A stretch of 64,000 nt of DNA from Macrostomum lignano (taxonomy: Eukaryota), in contig NIVC01000462.1 in the NCBI GenBank assembly GCA_002269645.1, forward strand, positions 675,914 to 739,913, given 5' to 3'. The notes under the pieces were generated by a model. That model worked only from the letters and a program-made list of their open reading frames with translations, searched no databases and had not been told where the DNA came from. Each line of letters starts with the position of its first letter. Within the stretch, counting starts at the first letter, position 1. Positions 26,048 to 39,694 of this stretch are shown here, piece after piece. The position numbers and the translations under genes are program-made.

Positions 26048-27965
26048 TTCACCTGGTCACAATAAAGGCCAGCAGGTGCCTGAAGTAGCCTTTGCTAGCC
26101 AGGTACTGCCGCAGCGCCGGGGAGACACCCCCGCCGCCCTGCAGCGCCAGCTCGAGCACCCGCAGAGGCCCGGCGTACATTCGGCTGTCTGCGTGCTGGT
26201 CCAGCCGAGACAGGTGCGCCAGCGAGTTGCCAAGGAATTTGCCCAGGGCGAATGAGTCCAAATCGAGGCCGACTGATGAGGAAGCGGAAGATGGAGGACG
26301 CTGGGCAGCAAAAGAGCTGATGGCCCGGTGGTGCTTCACGTATAGGGAGCAGAGGTGCACCTGAAATACAGGTTGGGGGTTGGCGGGATTTAGTAGGTGT
26401 GACCGCGTGGGAAAGCGGTGATCACACAGGTGATACCACAAGTGAGAAACCTGTGATCACACAGGTGACACCGCAGTGAGAAACCGGTGATCACAGGTGA
26501 CACCGCAGTGAGAAACAGGACACAAGCAGAAATCAAGATACTCACAATCCTGTCGCCATCCAGATGAGGCAAATAAAAATTATTCAGGCACTTGGCCAGC
26601 AGCAGAAAGTTGTCCCTGACTCCGGCATCGCCGCTGCTGTTGTCCAGAACGCTGGCAGCGGCCGCGGCCAGTTCGTCAAATCGCTGTCGAGTGAGATTTT
26701 GAGTGAGTCGGCGGCTCTGGCTGCCACGGTAGAAAGCCTGGATTCTGGTGGCTGCTTCCTCCTCTTGGCGGCGGTGCTGCAATCCGAAATTCCCCCCAAT
26801 ATGATATAGTATGGAGTGCTCAAGGACCACTACAAATTGCTGTAGTATGGAGTGCTCAAGGACCACTACAAATTGCTCTAGTATGGAGTGCTCAAGGACC
26901 ATTACAAATTGCTCTAGTATGGAGTGCTCAAGGACTACTACAAGCTGCTCTAGTATGGAGTGCTCAAGGACCACTACAATTGCTGTAGTATGGAGTGCTC
27001 AAGGACCATTACAAATTGCTCTAGTATGGAGTGCTCAAGGACTACTACAAGCTGCTCTAGTATGGAGTGCTCAAGGACAACTAAAAAGTGCTCTAGTATG
27101 GAGTGCTCAAGGACCACTACAAATTGCTGTAGTATGGAGTGCTCAAGGACCACTACAAATTGCTGTAGTATGGAGTGCTCAAGGACCACTACAAATTGCT
27201 CTAGTATGGAGTGCTCAAGGACCACTACAAATTGCTCTAGTATGGAGTGCTCAAGGACCACTACAAATTGCTGTAGTATGGAGTGCTCAAGGACCACTAC
27301 AAATTGCTGTAGTATGGAGTGCTCAAGGACCACTACAAATTGCTCTAGTATGGAGTGCTCAAGGACCACTACAAATTGCTGTAGTATGGAGTGCTCAAGG
27401 ACCACTACAAATTGCTGTAGTATGGAGTGCTCAAGGACCACTACAAATTGCTGTAGTATGGAGTGCTCAAGGACCACTACAAATTGCTCTAGTATGGAGT
27501 GCTCAAGGACTACTACAAGCTGCTCTAGTATGGAGTGCTCAAGGACCATTACAAATTGCTCTAGTATGGAGTGCTCAAGGACCATTACAAATTGCTCTAG
27601 TATGGAGTGCTCAAGGACCATTACAAATTGCTCTAGTATGGAGTGCTCAAGGACCACTATAAATTGTATTTATTTAGTTTAGTAGTTCCATTTAATGAAT
27701 AAGTTAGTCGTTACCGATATGTATCGAAAATCAACTCAACAAACCTCACCTCTCTAAGCAGTCGTTGTTTCCGACTCTTCTCCAGCAAGTCGTTCTTTGT
27801 GTCCTGTTGATTTAAGCAATATTAAATTAGAATTTTAAATAACACAAGAAAAAGATTATTTTACAAAAAATCAATCATAAAATATCCTAGCTTATGCATC
27901 TAAAGAATTCTTACATCGTCATAGGCGGGTAGACCTTTAAAATCGGTAACGTAACCTCCGTACAT
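18218..27965 (-). CDS. UBE3C: UBE3C-like IQ-motif HECT E3 ubiquitin ligase, about 1077 aa; exons 27965-27915, 27803-27750, 26776-26546, 26360-26053, 25538-25338, 24783-24327, 23931-23519, 22857-22329, 20480-20143, 18869-18218
   Basis: All introns are GT-AG with matching phases, and the exons sum to 3234 nt in an open frame. N-terminus [11 protein letters not shown]...[12 protein letters not shown] motif [14 protein letters not shown] motifs [35 protein letters not shown], and catalytic [19 protein letters not shown]3B cannot be fully excluded. Confidence 0.88.
18890..20060. repeat. 35-bp minisatellite filling intron 9 (GATTATTTTTACTTTCGATACATATCGGCGATTCT)
   Basis: About 32 tandem copies. Confidence 0.97.
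20510..22280. repeat. 18-20 bp minisatellite series filling intron 8 (GAGAGTGAGATATGGGATCA, then TAGAAGGAGATATGGGATCA, then TAGGAGTATATGGGATCA)
   Basis: Three related units replace one another along the array. Confidence 0.97.
22870..23510. repeat. 34-bp minisatellite filling intron 7 (GATTGGGATATTGTCAGACTGGGGATTTGAGCCC)
   Basis: About 19 tandem copies reaching within about 10 bp of both splice sites. Confidence 0.97.
23948..24240. repeat. 24-bp minisatellite in intron 6 (CTGCATCTCAGGCATTGACCAACC)
   Basis: About 12 copies. Confidence 0.95.
24835..25310. repeat. 22-bp minisatellite in intron 5 (GATCGAGTTGTGGGATCTCAAG)
   Basis: About 21 copies. Confidence 0.95.
25590..26047. repeat. (TCTG)n microsatellite filling intron 4
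   Basis: Direct reading, with TTAG/AGAG interruptions. Confidence 0.98.
26805..27665. repeat. 36-bp minisatellite filling intron 2 (TAGTATGGAGTGCTCAAGGACCACTACAAATTGCTC)
   Basis: About 24 copies. The length is a multiple of 3, which explains the spurious long ORFs. Confidence 0.97.
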
Positions 27966-30479
27966 AACGTTATCTTACACTAGGTATGACTTAGGCCAAG
28001 GACAGCAATGTGAGAATGAAATTTATTTTAAGCTTTAAGCAACAGAAGTTCAGTTCTGATTTTCTGCTAGAATATTTAAAGCAGCACATTGAGGGATTAG
28101 GGCAGGGTAGGGTAACGCACACATGCTACAATTGCGTACAAACTTACTCAGTCAGTCACCAAAATCAAGAGAAGGAAGTCAGCCTATATGCAGTGTTTTC
28201 TGCACTGCAGGATTTGCATACCATGTGCCGGCGTGTGTAAATAACAGAAAAATACAAGCCTTTGCTCAGGGACGAAAAGGTGAGCCGTGTTCTCAGACAG
28301 GACAGAGGGAGCACCACGTTGGGGGTCTGGGGGAAATAAATTTTCTGACTGTCCAAAACAAATCTCAAGCCGAAAAAAACTATGCCCAGTGCCTCCTCCT
28401 CCTCTACTCTCAGGAAAAAGATTAGCAAACTTGTCGTCAAAGTAAAAGCTTTGCAGGTTTGCAGACTGATTGCTGAATTCATTGCGGCAACAGCTGCGAA
28501 AAAGAACCGATTTATTGTTTGCTAGACGATTTTTTTATATAAAAAAACAATAAATCTACGAGTGTTAAGACACGTCCGTGCCATGCTACTGTCATTAGTA
28601 GAGACAAGATTTCATCTACCCTATGATATCATCCACTGAAAAAGACCCACTATAAGTGTGATTATATGCAGTTCTTTTACTTTTTTAGCCAATGCTGTTG
28701 ATGTCATATCTTGTTTTTTTATATTAGACACAAGGGACTGCGTGCAACCTTGGCGCACTTTAAGCGACATTGTTGCACAACTGGCAAGAGGCATTACTGC
28801 TCATTCCACTGACTCCCCTGAGCAGGCACGCATCAGATTGCAGGGAGGTTACAAAGTTATTTCACTATTTAAGTTCGTGCAAAACTTCTTAATAATGATT
28901 AACAAGAGACTTTTCTTAGTTGTTTTTAGCATAATATACTTTAATTACTGTATTAGACACATACTAATTTAACAAAGATATTCTATCAATCATCTATATG
29001 ATTGATAGATGAGTGTATATGTAAATTCTATTATTCTAACAGCTTCCATTAAATGTAGTTAAAGTAGGTTAAGTCTAAATAAGCAGATTGAATTTTATTA
29101 TCCAATTAAATTTGCAAGGGTCCACCTCCTTTGGGTGCCTTGAAGAACTCTAGTAACTTTCCTTTCTAACAGGATAACCAACCTGCTAGCACTTCCCGAC
29201 GATTGGGACAGTGAGTTATGGCATGCCACACAGAAATTTGAGCTGCTTCATGACTCGCGCAGGCCAAAACAGAAGTTTGCCATATCTGCACCCGGAAGGG
29301 CATGAGTACAGCCAATGTCCAGTGTCTAAACATGGATAAAATCACTAGTGAAATAGCAAAACAGGCCCACAACACAAGGCCATTGGCACAGGAACACCTC
29401 AACTGCCAACTCAAGGCAAAGGTGGCCCAGGAGGCCAAACAGGCACCATCCAGAAGCATGGCCACTTAGCCACCAATGGGGCATAAGGTTTAGTCATGCA
29501 CCTCAAGAACCTTGCACATGGTGAGCACCTCTATCGAGCGGATCCAGCAGTTGCAGGCTGTGGTGCCAAAATTGATGACACAAATCCCAGATGAGATACA
29601 GTTGGTGGAGACTACTACAATGGTGACACCGCGGCTCCCAGTCCTGGCAGAGCATCAAAGTACCTGCCAGGTGCTGAATCCCTCCTGCATCAGCTGCTAC
29701 CATACCCTGACAAGATAAGGACTAGCCAATGGATGCAGCAGCAACTAGGCCAGAGTATTACTAGGCCATTTCTCTCAGAAGGAATCAACAATAGAAGGCA
29801 AGGCAGTGCTATAGAAGCTAGCATTCATATTTTGACCTTTGGGCACTATAACAATAGCAATAGGACCCAATATTCTAAAAAAGCACTAAGAATTCTTGGT
29901 CATAGCAGAGTTGGACCTTCTAGATCAAGGGTCGTTTCTGAGGCAGCTTCTACTAGTACTAGTAATGCTTAGTCACTTACAACCTGTGCCAAGGCACAAT
30001 AGATTTTTGTCATATTTTTTCCATGTTGAACTTGCATTAATATAAAAACACATACTGTCTGAGCTGAACTTCTCCATTTCAAGTCAGAGGCTTAAAGTGA
30101 GGTTTGGTCATAAGTTATTTATAAAGAAGACAGAGCAAATATTGAGTTGAAATTTGATATGCTAGCAAAAATCATGTCAATAAAATAACATGCAAATAAT
30201 TAAGAAGCTATATATTAATAACTATAAAAAGTGTTTACTTAGCAAATTTATTTCTTAAGATTACTAACCATTCATGCCCAACTTCGAAATTTCAACCAGC
30301 CATGCAACTTACTTTTTGACCAAAAATGTGACTTACCTATAAAAGAAACCCTAAAGCAAAAATTAACATAATTTTGGGCAAATGGTAGGAGTAACTATAA
30401 CTATATTATTAGGGCTAATTCCTCGTCATCTAATCCATTATACTAAAAATCAGAACTATGTACCTACCTACCTATCTAT

Positions 30480-33400
30480 CTATCTATCTATAGGAACCTT
30501 CGTTTAACTTGACTTTGCGTGGTCCGAATTTCGTAGGGTTTTCTGCATTCGATGCGTATTGATGGTGCGCTGGTACACATAATTTTGCTAAGAAATTGCT
30601 TCATTTTTTCGGGATTAAATATTCGAAAAACTCGATTTTTGCCCCATTTTTTAAAGTTCAAACAGTTTTTTTCCGATTAAGAAGCGTTCTGACTGCCGAT
30701 GGAATTGTATTGCATCATAACTCAGTGCCAACTATAGCATTGGTTCTCTACAATGGCGTGGAAAGCTACAAGCATTGAAAGGTTGCGCAACACCTTTAAG
30801 TTATTGAAATTGGGGGGAGGGTTTCGCCATTCAATTAGTCCTGGGCATTGCTTGGTTGTTAATTTCAATGCATCAACTTGCATGCCTCTCACTGTAGCTG
30901 GCGCTGAATGTACACCTTTTTAATTTCAATGCTTTAGAGCAGGAATGTTCAATCGTTGTTTGCGCTTTGAGTTTTTCACTTTCAGAAGAGAGCCTTGTAT
31001 TGCTGGAAAGAGCTTGGAACGCTGAGTTCGGGAATATAATTTGTTTTCTGAGATTCGAAAAACTAAGAGCACAGCATTAAAAAGAAGATTTTTATACTTT
31101 TTACTTTATATACTCATTGTACGCTCTTCCATATCGCAAACCCCTACTTTATCGCAACTCCGCAATTCAAGCCAGCGCCATTGTATTTAAATTTAGATTG
31201 CGTAATAAATTTATGTATTAAAGTGACAAAATTTTTCACTTTAATTGTTGACTTTAATAATTGAAACTGATATTGCCTGCCTGAGAAATTGATTATGTCA
31301 TAACTTGCTTCGAGTGATTTCTATGCTTGGAGTTTTCAGTGTTGAATTATATAAGTGCTACAATTCATATTATCAAAACGATGAGTTAGCCTAGAGGTGA
31401 ACAGACTGAACTGCTAATGCAGCGACGTGGGTTCGAATTTTTAGAGAGTAAAAGTATTTTTATTAAAAATTTTAACTTTAAAAAACGTCCGGTAAATCAG
31501 GTAAAAAAGAAGAAGCTACGAGTGTTCATGTAGTAGATTCAAATTTTTTTATTAAACTTTGAATTTTGAAAAGGATTATTGCACTAGATAAGAAACTAAT
31601 TATTGTACTAGCTGAGTAAATTGTTTCCCTGTCTTGCTTGGGTTACTTTCTATCAGGGGATGTGTTGTGAATTGAACTCCGACTGAAGTATTTAACTCAT
31701 GAGCTTAAGATTATTTATATTTCTTATTTGAGAGAGATCAAGAAGGTGAGCTCTAGCAACTTTGGGCTAGAGCTAATTACCATAATTACTAATTACCATA
31801 GAAGAAACTGTAGCGATAGAATGCTTAGAGGAGATTAGTGCAAACAAACGGCATTGAATAACGAACTTGAACTTATATAAACTATAGTGCATCTCAGTGT
31901 GCGATACACCACAGGATGCTTGCTATCGAATGGACGCTTGCTCTTAGGGCATGCTTGATCGGGTGAGATTGCTAAGATGTCAAGACATACTGGGGAATTA
32001 TTCAGATATGCAGGCTTACTGGGGAATTACTGAGAGAGATGTCAAGCCTTAAAGGGACTTGCTGAGATGCCAAAAGGAAATTGCTGAGGTTTCAAGGCGT
32101 AGGGGAATTTCTGAGATGTCAGGCCCTTGGACGGGGAGAAATTGCTAAGTTGTGAAGACCTACTGAGGAAATCACTGAGCCTTGACACCTCAGTTCATTC
32201 TCTCTTAAGCTTTGACATCTCAGCAATTCGCTCTCAAGGCTGAAGAGGGACTTTTTGAGACGCCAAGGCTTGGTGGGGGGATTGCTGAGATGTTAAGGCT
32301 TGGGGGGAATGTCTGAGATATAAAGGCTTAATGGGGGAACTGCTGGCGTGGGGGGAATTTCTAAAATGTCAAGGCTTGGGGGAATCACTGAGATGTTAAG
32401 ACTTACTGGGGGAATCACTGAGATATAAAGGCTTACTTGGAGACTGCTGAGATGTCAAGTCTTGGCGGGGGAATTCCTGAAATTTCAAGTCTTGAGAGTG
32501 AATTTCTGAGATATCAAAGCTTAAGAGAGAATGAACTGAGGTGTCAAGGCTTGGGGGGAATTGTTGAGATGTCAAGTCTTGGGGGGGGGAATTCTGTGGA
32601 TTGGGGATTCCTTCCATGAGGGCTGCTTCTAATGGATATCTTTAGATAGGTGATTCATTGGGAAATTCCATCGATGGGGGATTCTTTCGATGGAGGGTTC
32701 TTTGAATGGGGGATTCTTTAGATGAAGGATTCTTTGGCCTAGGATTTTATTGATGGGGGATTATTTAGATGGGAGATTCTTTGGATTCTTTAGATGGAGA
32801 TTATTTGGAGTATGATTCTTTGGATTATTTGGACGGGGTTCTTTAGATGAGGGGACTCAGATTCAGATTCAATGATTCAATGATTCTTTTGATGGAGGTT
32901 TATTTATTTATTTGGATGAGTGAATATTTGCATTATTTTGATCGGGATTCTGTGGATGGGGATTATTTTGATCGGGATTCTATGGATGGGAGGATTCTTT
33001 GGATAGGGATGGATGGGGGGATTCTTTGGATAGGGATGGATGGGGGGATTCTTTGGATAGGGATGGATGGGGGATTCTTTGGATAGGGATGGATGGGGGG
33101 TTCTTTGGATAGGGATGGATGGGGGAATTCTTTGGATAGGGATGGATGGGGGGTTCTTTGGATAGGGATGGATGGGGGATTCTTTGGATAGGGATGGATG
33201 GGGGATTCTTTGGATAGGGATGGATGGGGGATTCTTTGGATAGGGATGGATGGGGGATTCTTTGGATAGGGATGGATGGGGGATTCTTTGGATAGGGATG
33301 GATGGGGGATTCTTTGGATAGGGATGGATGGGGGATTCTTTGGATAGGGATGGATGGGGGATTCTTTGGATAGGGATGGATGGGGGATTCTTTGGATACA

Positions 33401-35018
33401 GTTGGATGGGGGATTCTTTGGATAGGGATGGATGGGGGGATTCTTTGGATAGGGATGGATGGGGGATTCTTTGGATAGGGATGGATGGGGGATTCTTTGG
33501 ATAGGGATGGATGGGGGATTCTTTGGATAGGGGATTCTGTCGATGGGGGATTCATTGGCAGGGGAATTCTTCGGATCGGGGATTCTATCGATGGGGGTTC
33601 TTGGATGGGGATTCTCTGCATGTGAGATTCTTTGTATCGTGGATTCTATGGGTGGTGGATTCTTTGGATGGGGGATTCTTTAAATTTGAGATTCAGTTGG
33701 GTGAAATTTTATTGCATTGAAAAACTGTGGTTGGAGTTTGGACGAATAGCCCCAATGGGGGTTGGAATTGGCTAGCTGAGGAAATTGTTTCACTAATCTT
33801 GGTGGGGGTACTTTCTATCAGGGGATGCTTGCTCGGAAGAGAATTCTAAGATGGCAAGATTTACAGGGGGAATTATTGAAATACATGTATAAAATCTTAC
33901 CTATTGGAATTAATGAGATGTGAAGGCTTAAGAGGGACTTGCTGAGATGCAAGACTTGTAGGGGAGAATTGCTGAGATTTCAAGGCTTAACGGGGAACTG
34001 CTGAGATGTCAAGGCTTCGGACGGGGAGAAATTGGTGAGATGTCAAGGCTTTGGACGGGGAGAAATTGGTAAGATGTCAAGGCTTTGGACGGGGAGAAAT
34101 TGGTAAGATGTCAAGGCTTTGGACTGGGAGAAATTGGTAAGATGTCAAGGCTTGGGGGAATTTTATGAGGTGTCGAGGCTCGGGGGAATTGCTGAGATGT
34201 TAAGTTTTGGGGGGAATTCTATGGATTGATGATTCTTTGGATGAGGGATGCTTCTAATGGATATCTTTGGATAGGTGATTCATTAGGGAATTCCTTTGAT
34301 GGGGCATTGTTTCGATGGAGGGTTTTTCGAATAGTTGATTCTTTAGATGAAGGATTCGCTTGATGGGGGGGGGGGGTTATTTGGACGGGGGTTCTTTAGA
34401 TGAGGGGGTTCTTTGGCCAAGAATTCTACTAATAGGGGGATTATTTGGATAGGAGATTCTTTAGATTCGTTGGATGGGGATTATTCGGACGGGGTTCTTT
34501 AGATGAGGGAATTCTTTGGCCAATTATTTCTTTGATGGCGGATTATTTAGATGGGAGATCTATGGATTATTTAGATGGGGATTATGATGTGAATTATTTG
34601 GACGGGGATTCATTGGGGGGGATTCTTTGGATATGGATGGATGGGGGATTCTTTAGGTAGGAATGAATGAGGAAATTCTTTGGATAGGAATGAATGAGGA
34701 AATTCTTTGGCTAGGGATGGATGGAGGATTCTTTATATTTGGATTCTGTGGATGAGGGATTCTTTGGATGGGGATTCTGTGGATGAGGGATTCTTTGGAT
34801 GGGGATTCTTTAGATAGGGGGCTTCTGTAGATCGGGGATTTCTTGAGTAGGGGATTCATTGAATGGGGAATTATTCGGATCGGTGATTCTATCGATGGGG
34901 GTTCTTTGGATGGGGGATTCTTTGCATGTGAGATTCTTTGCATCGGGGATTTTGTGGATGCGGAAAACTGTGGTTGGAGTTTGGATGGAAAGCCCCAACG
35001 GGGGTTGGAATTGGCTAG
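30480..35018 (+). mobile_element. Helitron-like non-autonomous element A with internal satellites
   Basis: Shares the body GCTAAGAAATTGC...GGATTAAATATTCGAAAAAC with elements B and C. Ends in hairpin CCAAC-GGGG-GTTGG plus CTAG (35015-35018), and a near-identical end sits at 33750-33775. The 5' boundary is approximate. Confidence 0.6.
32930..33540. repeat. 24-25 bp G-rich minisatellite (GGGGATTCTTTGGATAGGGATGGAT)
   Basis: About 22 copies, flanked by degenerate versions (32.6-32.9 kb, 34.2-34.95 kb). Confidence 0.95.
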
Positions 35019-35724
35019 TCCTATATATATATATATATATATTATATCTAATATACTAAAAATGAAATGCTTGGTTGCTTGCTTGTAATTGATTTTCTCC
35101 CGAACGGCTCAACCGATTTTCTTCAAACTTGCACCATTCGATCAGAAATTTTCCCGGGACGGTACATGCATATTGGCTAAGAAATTGCTCAATGTTAAAG
35201 GGATTAAATATTCGAAAAACATGATTTTTTGCAAAGGTCAAGCAGCTCTTTCGACCTGAAATGCATTGTAAGAATGCTAGAGAAAAATCTGACTGGTTGA
35301 ATTCTGATTCTGAAATAGATTGCATCACAATACACTTTATTTATCGTCTGTGTACTGGCTGAATTTGACACTCAATTGAATTGCGTCACAGCTTTGAGGG
35401 TGAAAGTATAGTGCAGTACTGAATTTATATTACGTAACCATATTGTAAACTTTCATAGACACTGGTACTGACTTGCCTAAGAAATTGATTATGTCATAAC
35501 TGCTTCGCGTGACTTTTTACTCTACCTGACTTGGTGTGAGTGTTGAATTAATTATATAAGTGGTACAAATTCACTGATAACTTCGATGAGAGCTAGCCTA
35601 GAGCTGAGCAGACCAGACTGCTAATGCAGCGACCTGGGTTCGAATCTAAGTAGTTTAAAAGTAGTAGTGTAAAATTTTTTATTAAAAGCTTTTATTAAAG
35701 GACTAAATAAAAACACTTAGATTA

Positions 35725-37595
35725 CTGCACTCGATAAGCCAAGGATTATTGCTATTAATAAACCAAGGATTACTGCACTCGATAAGCCAAGGATTATTGC
35801 TATTAATAAACCAAGGATTACTGCACTCGATAAGCCAAGGATTATTGCTATTAATAAACTAAGGATTACTGCACTCGATAAACCAAGGATTATTGCTATT
35901 AATAAACCAAGGATTATGCACTTGGCAAACCAAGGATTACTGCAATCGATAAGCCAAGGATTATTGCTATTAATAAACCAAGCATTACTGCACTCAATAA
36001 ACCAAGGACTATTGCTATTAATAAACCAAGGATTACTGCACTAAAAAAACCAAGGACTATTGCTCTTGGCAAACCAAGGATTACTGCAATCGATAAGCCA
36101 AGGATTATTGCTATTAATAAACCAAGGATTACTGCACTCGATAAGCCAAGGATTATTGCTATTAATAAACCAAGGATTAATGCACTCGATAAACCAAGGA
36201 TTATTGCTATTAATAAACCAAGGATTACTGCACTCGATAAGCCAAGGATTATTGCTATTAATAAACCAAGGATTATGCACTTGGCAAACCAAGGATTACT
36301 GCACTCGATAAGCCAAGGATTATTGCTATTAATAAACCAAGGATTACTGCACTCAATAAACCAAGGACTATTGCTATTAATAAACCAAGGATTACTGCAC
36401 TCAATAAACCAAGGACTATTGCTCTTGGCAAACCAAGGATTACTGCACTCGATAAGCCAAGGACTATTGCTCTTGGCAAACCAAGGATTACTGCACTCGA
36501 TAAGCCATGGATTATTGCTATTAATAAACCAAGGATTACTGCACTCGATAAGCCAAGGATTATTGCTATTAATAAACCAAGGATTACTGCACTCAATAAA
36601 CCAAGGACTATTGCTCTTGGCAAACCAAGGATTACTGCACTCGATAAGCCAAGGACTATTGCTCTTGGCAAACCAAGGATTACTGCACTCGATAAGCCAT
36701 GGATTATTGCTATTAATAAACCAAGGATTACTGCACTCGATAAGCCAAGGATTATTGCTATTAATAAACCAAGGATTACTGCACTCGATAAGCCATGGAT
36801 TATTGCTATTAATAAACCAAGGATTACTGCACTCGATAAGCCAAGGATTATTGCTATTAATAAACCAAGGATTACTGCACTCGATAAGCCATGGATTATT
36901 GCTATTAATAAACCAAGGATTACTGCACTCGATAAGCCAAGGATTATTGCTATTAATAAACCAAGGATTAATGCACTCGATAAACCAAGGATTATTGCTA
37001 TTAATAAACCAAGGATTACTGCACTCGATAAGCCAAGGATTATTGCTATTAATAAACCAAGGATTATGCACTTGGCAAACCAAGGATTACTGCACTCGAT
37101 AAGCCAAGGATTATTGCTATTAATAAACCAAGGATTACTGCACTCAATAAACCAAGGACTATTGCTATTAATAAACCAAGGATTACTGCACTCAATAAAC
37201 CAAGGACTATTGCTCTTGGCAAACCAAGGATTACTGCACTCGATAAGCCAAGGACTATTGCTCTTGGCAAACCAAGGATTACTGCACTCGATAAGCCATG
37301 GATTATTGCTATTAATAAACCAAGGATTACTGCACTCGATAAGCCAAGGATTATTGCTCTTGGCAAACCAAGGATTACTGCACTCGATAAGCCATGGATT
37401 ATTGCTATTAATAAACCAAGGATTACTGCACTCGATAAGCCAAGGATTATTGCTATTAATAAACCATGAATTACTGCACTCGATAAGCCAAGGATTATTG
37501 CTATTAATAAACCAAGGATTACTGCACTCGATAAGCCATGGATTATTGCTATTAATAAACCAAGGATTACTGCACTCGATAGCCAAGGATTACTG
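35725..37595. repeat. 48-bp dimeric satellite (24-bp subunits GATTACTGCACTCGATAAGCCAAG and GATTATTGCTATTAATAAACCAAG)
   Basis: Alternating A/B subunits, with a higher-order repetition of about 790 bp (36275 vs 37066). Confidence 0.96.
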
Positions 37596-37994
37596 CGCTT
37601 GATAAGCTTGGCTACATGTATAGGATTATTTCTATCCAGGGATGCTTGCTATTTAGGGATTCTTGCTATGTGCAGGATGCTTGCTATCTGGAAGGATGCT
37701 TCTACATTATTTGGGGTATGCTTGCTATCTGCAAGATGCTTGCTAACTGCAAGATGCTTGCTATCTGCAGATGCTTGCTATCTGGGTGGATGCTTGCTAG
37801 GAGTATTAGGGGATGCTTGCTACTGGGGGATGCTTGCTGTCTTGGGAATATTTTCTATTTAGGGGTAATGACTAAAATTCATGAGAGCTAGCCTAGAGGT
37901 AAACAGACTAAACTGCTAAATGCAGGGACGATGGTTCGAATTTTTAGAGAGTAGAGTTTTTTTAATTAAAGCCTTTTAACGCCAAGACAAAAAA

Positions 37995-38800
37995 AATTAT
38001 GGAAGCGTCATGTAAACAATCATACAAGCGTCATGTAAACAATCATAGAAGCGTCATGTAAACAATCATAGAAGCGTCATGTAAAAATCATAGAAGCGTC
38101 ATGTAAAAATCATAGAAGCGTAATGTAAACAATCATAGAAGCGTCATGTTAAAATCATAAAAGCGTCATGTAAACAATCATACAAGCGTCATGTAAACAA
38201 TCATAGAAGCGTCATGTAAAAAAATCATAGAAGCGTCATGTTAAAATCATAAAAGCGTCATAAAAAATCATAGAAGCGTCATGCAAGCAATCATAGAAGC
38301 GTAATGTAAACAATCATAGAAGCGTCATGTTAAAATCATACAAGCGTCATGTAAACAATCATACAAGCGTCATGTAAACAATCATAGAAGCGTCATGTAA
38401 AAAAATCATAGAAGCGTCATGTTAAAATCATAGAAGCGTCATGTAAACAATCATAGAAGCGTCATGTAAACAATCATAGAAGCGTCATGTAAAAATCATA
38501 GAAGCGTCATGTAAAAATCATAGAAGCGTCATGTAAAAATCATAGAAGCGTCATGTAAAAATCATAGAAGCGTCATGTAAAAAATCATAGAAGCGTCATG
38601 TAAACAATCATACAAGCGTCATGTAAACAATCATAGAAGCGTCATGTAAAAATCATACAAGCGTCATGTAAACAAGCATAGAAGCGTCATGAAAAAATTA
38701 TAGAAGCCTCATATAAAAACTAATGAAAGTGTGTCATTTAAAAAATTAAGAAGCATCATGGAAGAATAAAAGAAGCGTAACGTAAAAATCAAAAGAAGCG
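37995..38800. repeat. 22-23 bp minisatellite (AATCATAGAAGCGTCATGTAAAC)
   Basis: About 30 copies. Confidence 0.95.
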
Positions 38801-39660
38801 TCATGTCAGACATGAAAGAAATGTCATATAAAAATTAAATGAAGCTATAGTACAGTGCTGTGCTGGGGAGAATTACTGAGACGTCAAGGCTCACAGAGAA
38901 TAACTGAGATTACAGGGGGGTTTCTGAGATGTTAAAGCAAAAGTCAGAAGCTACTTCAAAGTACATGTACTTTACTTAAGTTTTTTATTGCATTCTTTGT
39001 TGGCTTGCCACGGTGGGGGGGGGCGCTGATAGAAGAAGAGTCATGTAAAAATAAAAGGAGCACTATGTATACATAAAATAAAAGTCATGTCAATGTTAAA
39101 AGATTCATTTGGGAATTGCTACGATGTCAAAGCTTGGAGGGAATCGTTATAGTGCTGTGATTCTTAAAGAAGGAATCACTTAAATGCCAAGGCTTAGGGA
39201 AGAAGAATTGCTGTGATTTCAAGGCTTTAGGTTGGGTGAAAGTTAGGTTTACGTCAGGTTTGGGTTGAGGGTTAGATTTTAGCGCGTTTCAAGGTTAACA
39301 GGGGATTTTTTAGATTTCAAGGTTTATGGGGGGCATCGCTGACATGTCAAGGCTTACGAGGGGAATCTATCTATCTATCTATAGCTGAGATGTCAAGGCT
39401 CACGGGGGAATAAATGAGATGTCAAGGCTAATGTCAGAAGCTACATGTAGTTTATTGGAAAAAAGTTATTACATTATTTGTTGGCTCCTCACGGGAGGGA
39501 TCGCTGATAGAAAAAGCGTAATGTAAAAAAAAAAGAAGCTTCATGTCAAAGTTAAGAGATTCATTTGGGAATCCCTACGATGTCGAGGCTTGCAGGGAAT
39601 CGCTATAATGCTGTAGTAGTGCTATAGACTCTTAGAGAGAATTACTGAAATTTCAATGCT

Positions 39661-39694
39661 TTAGGGTTAGGGTTAGGGTTAGGGTTAGGGTTAG
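39661..39694 (+). repeat. Interstitial (TTAGGG)n, 5.5 units
   Basis: Direct reading. Confidence 0.9.

Noticed and set aside
29166-29972. Short ORFs upstream of the E3 ligase
   Set aside because: No recognisable motifs or consistent splice structure; possibly old retroelement debris.
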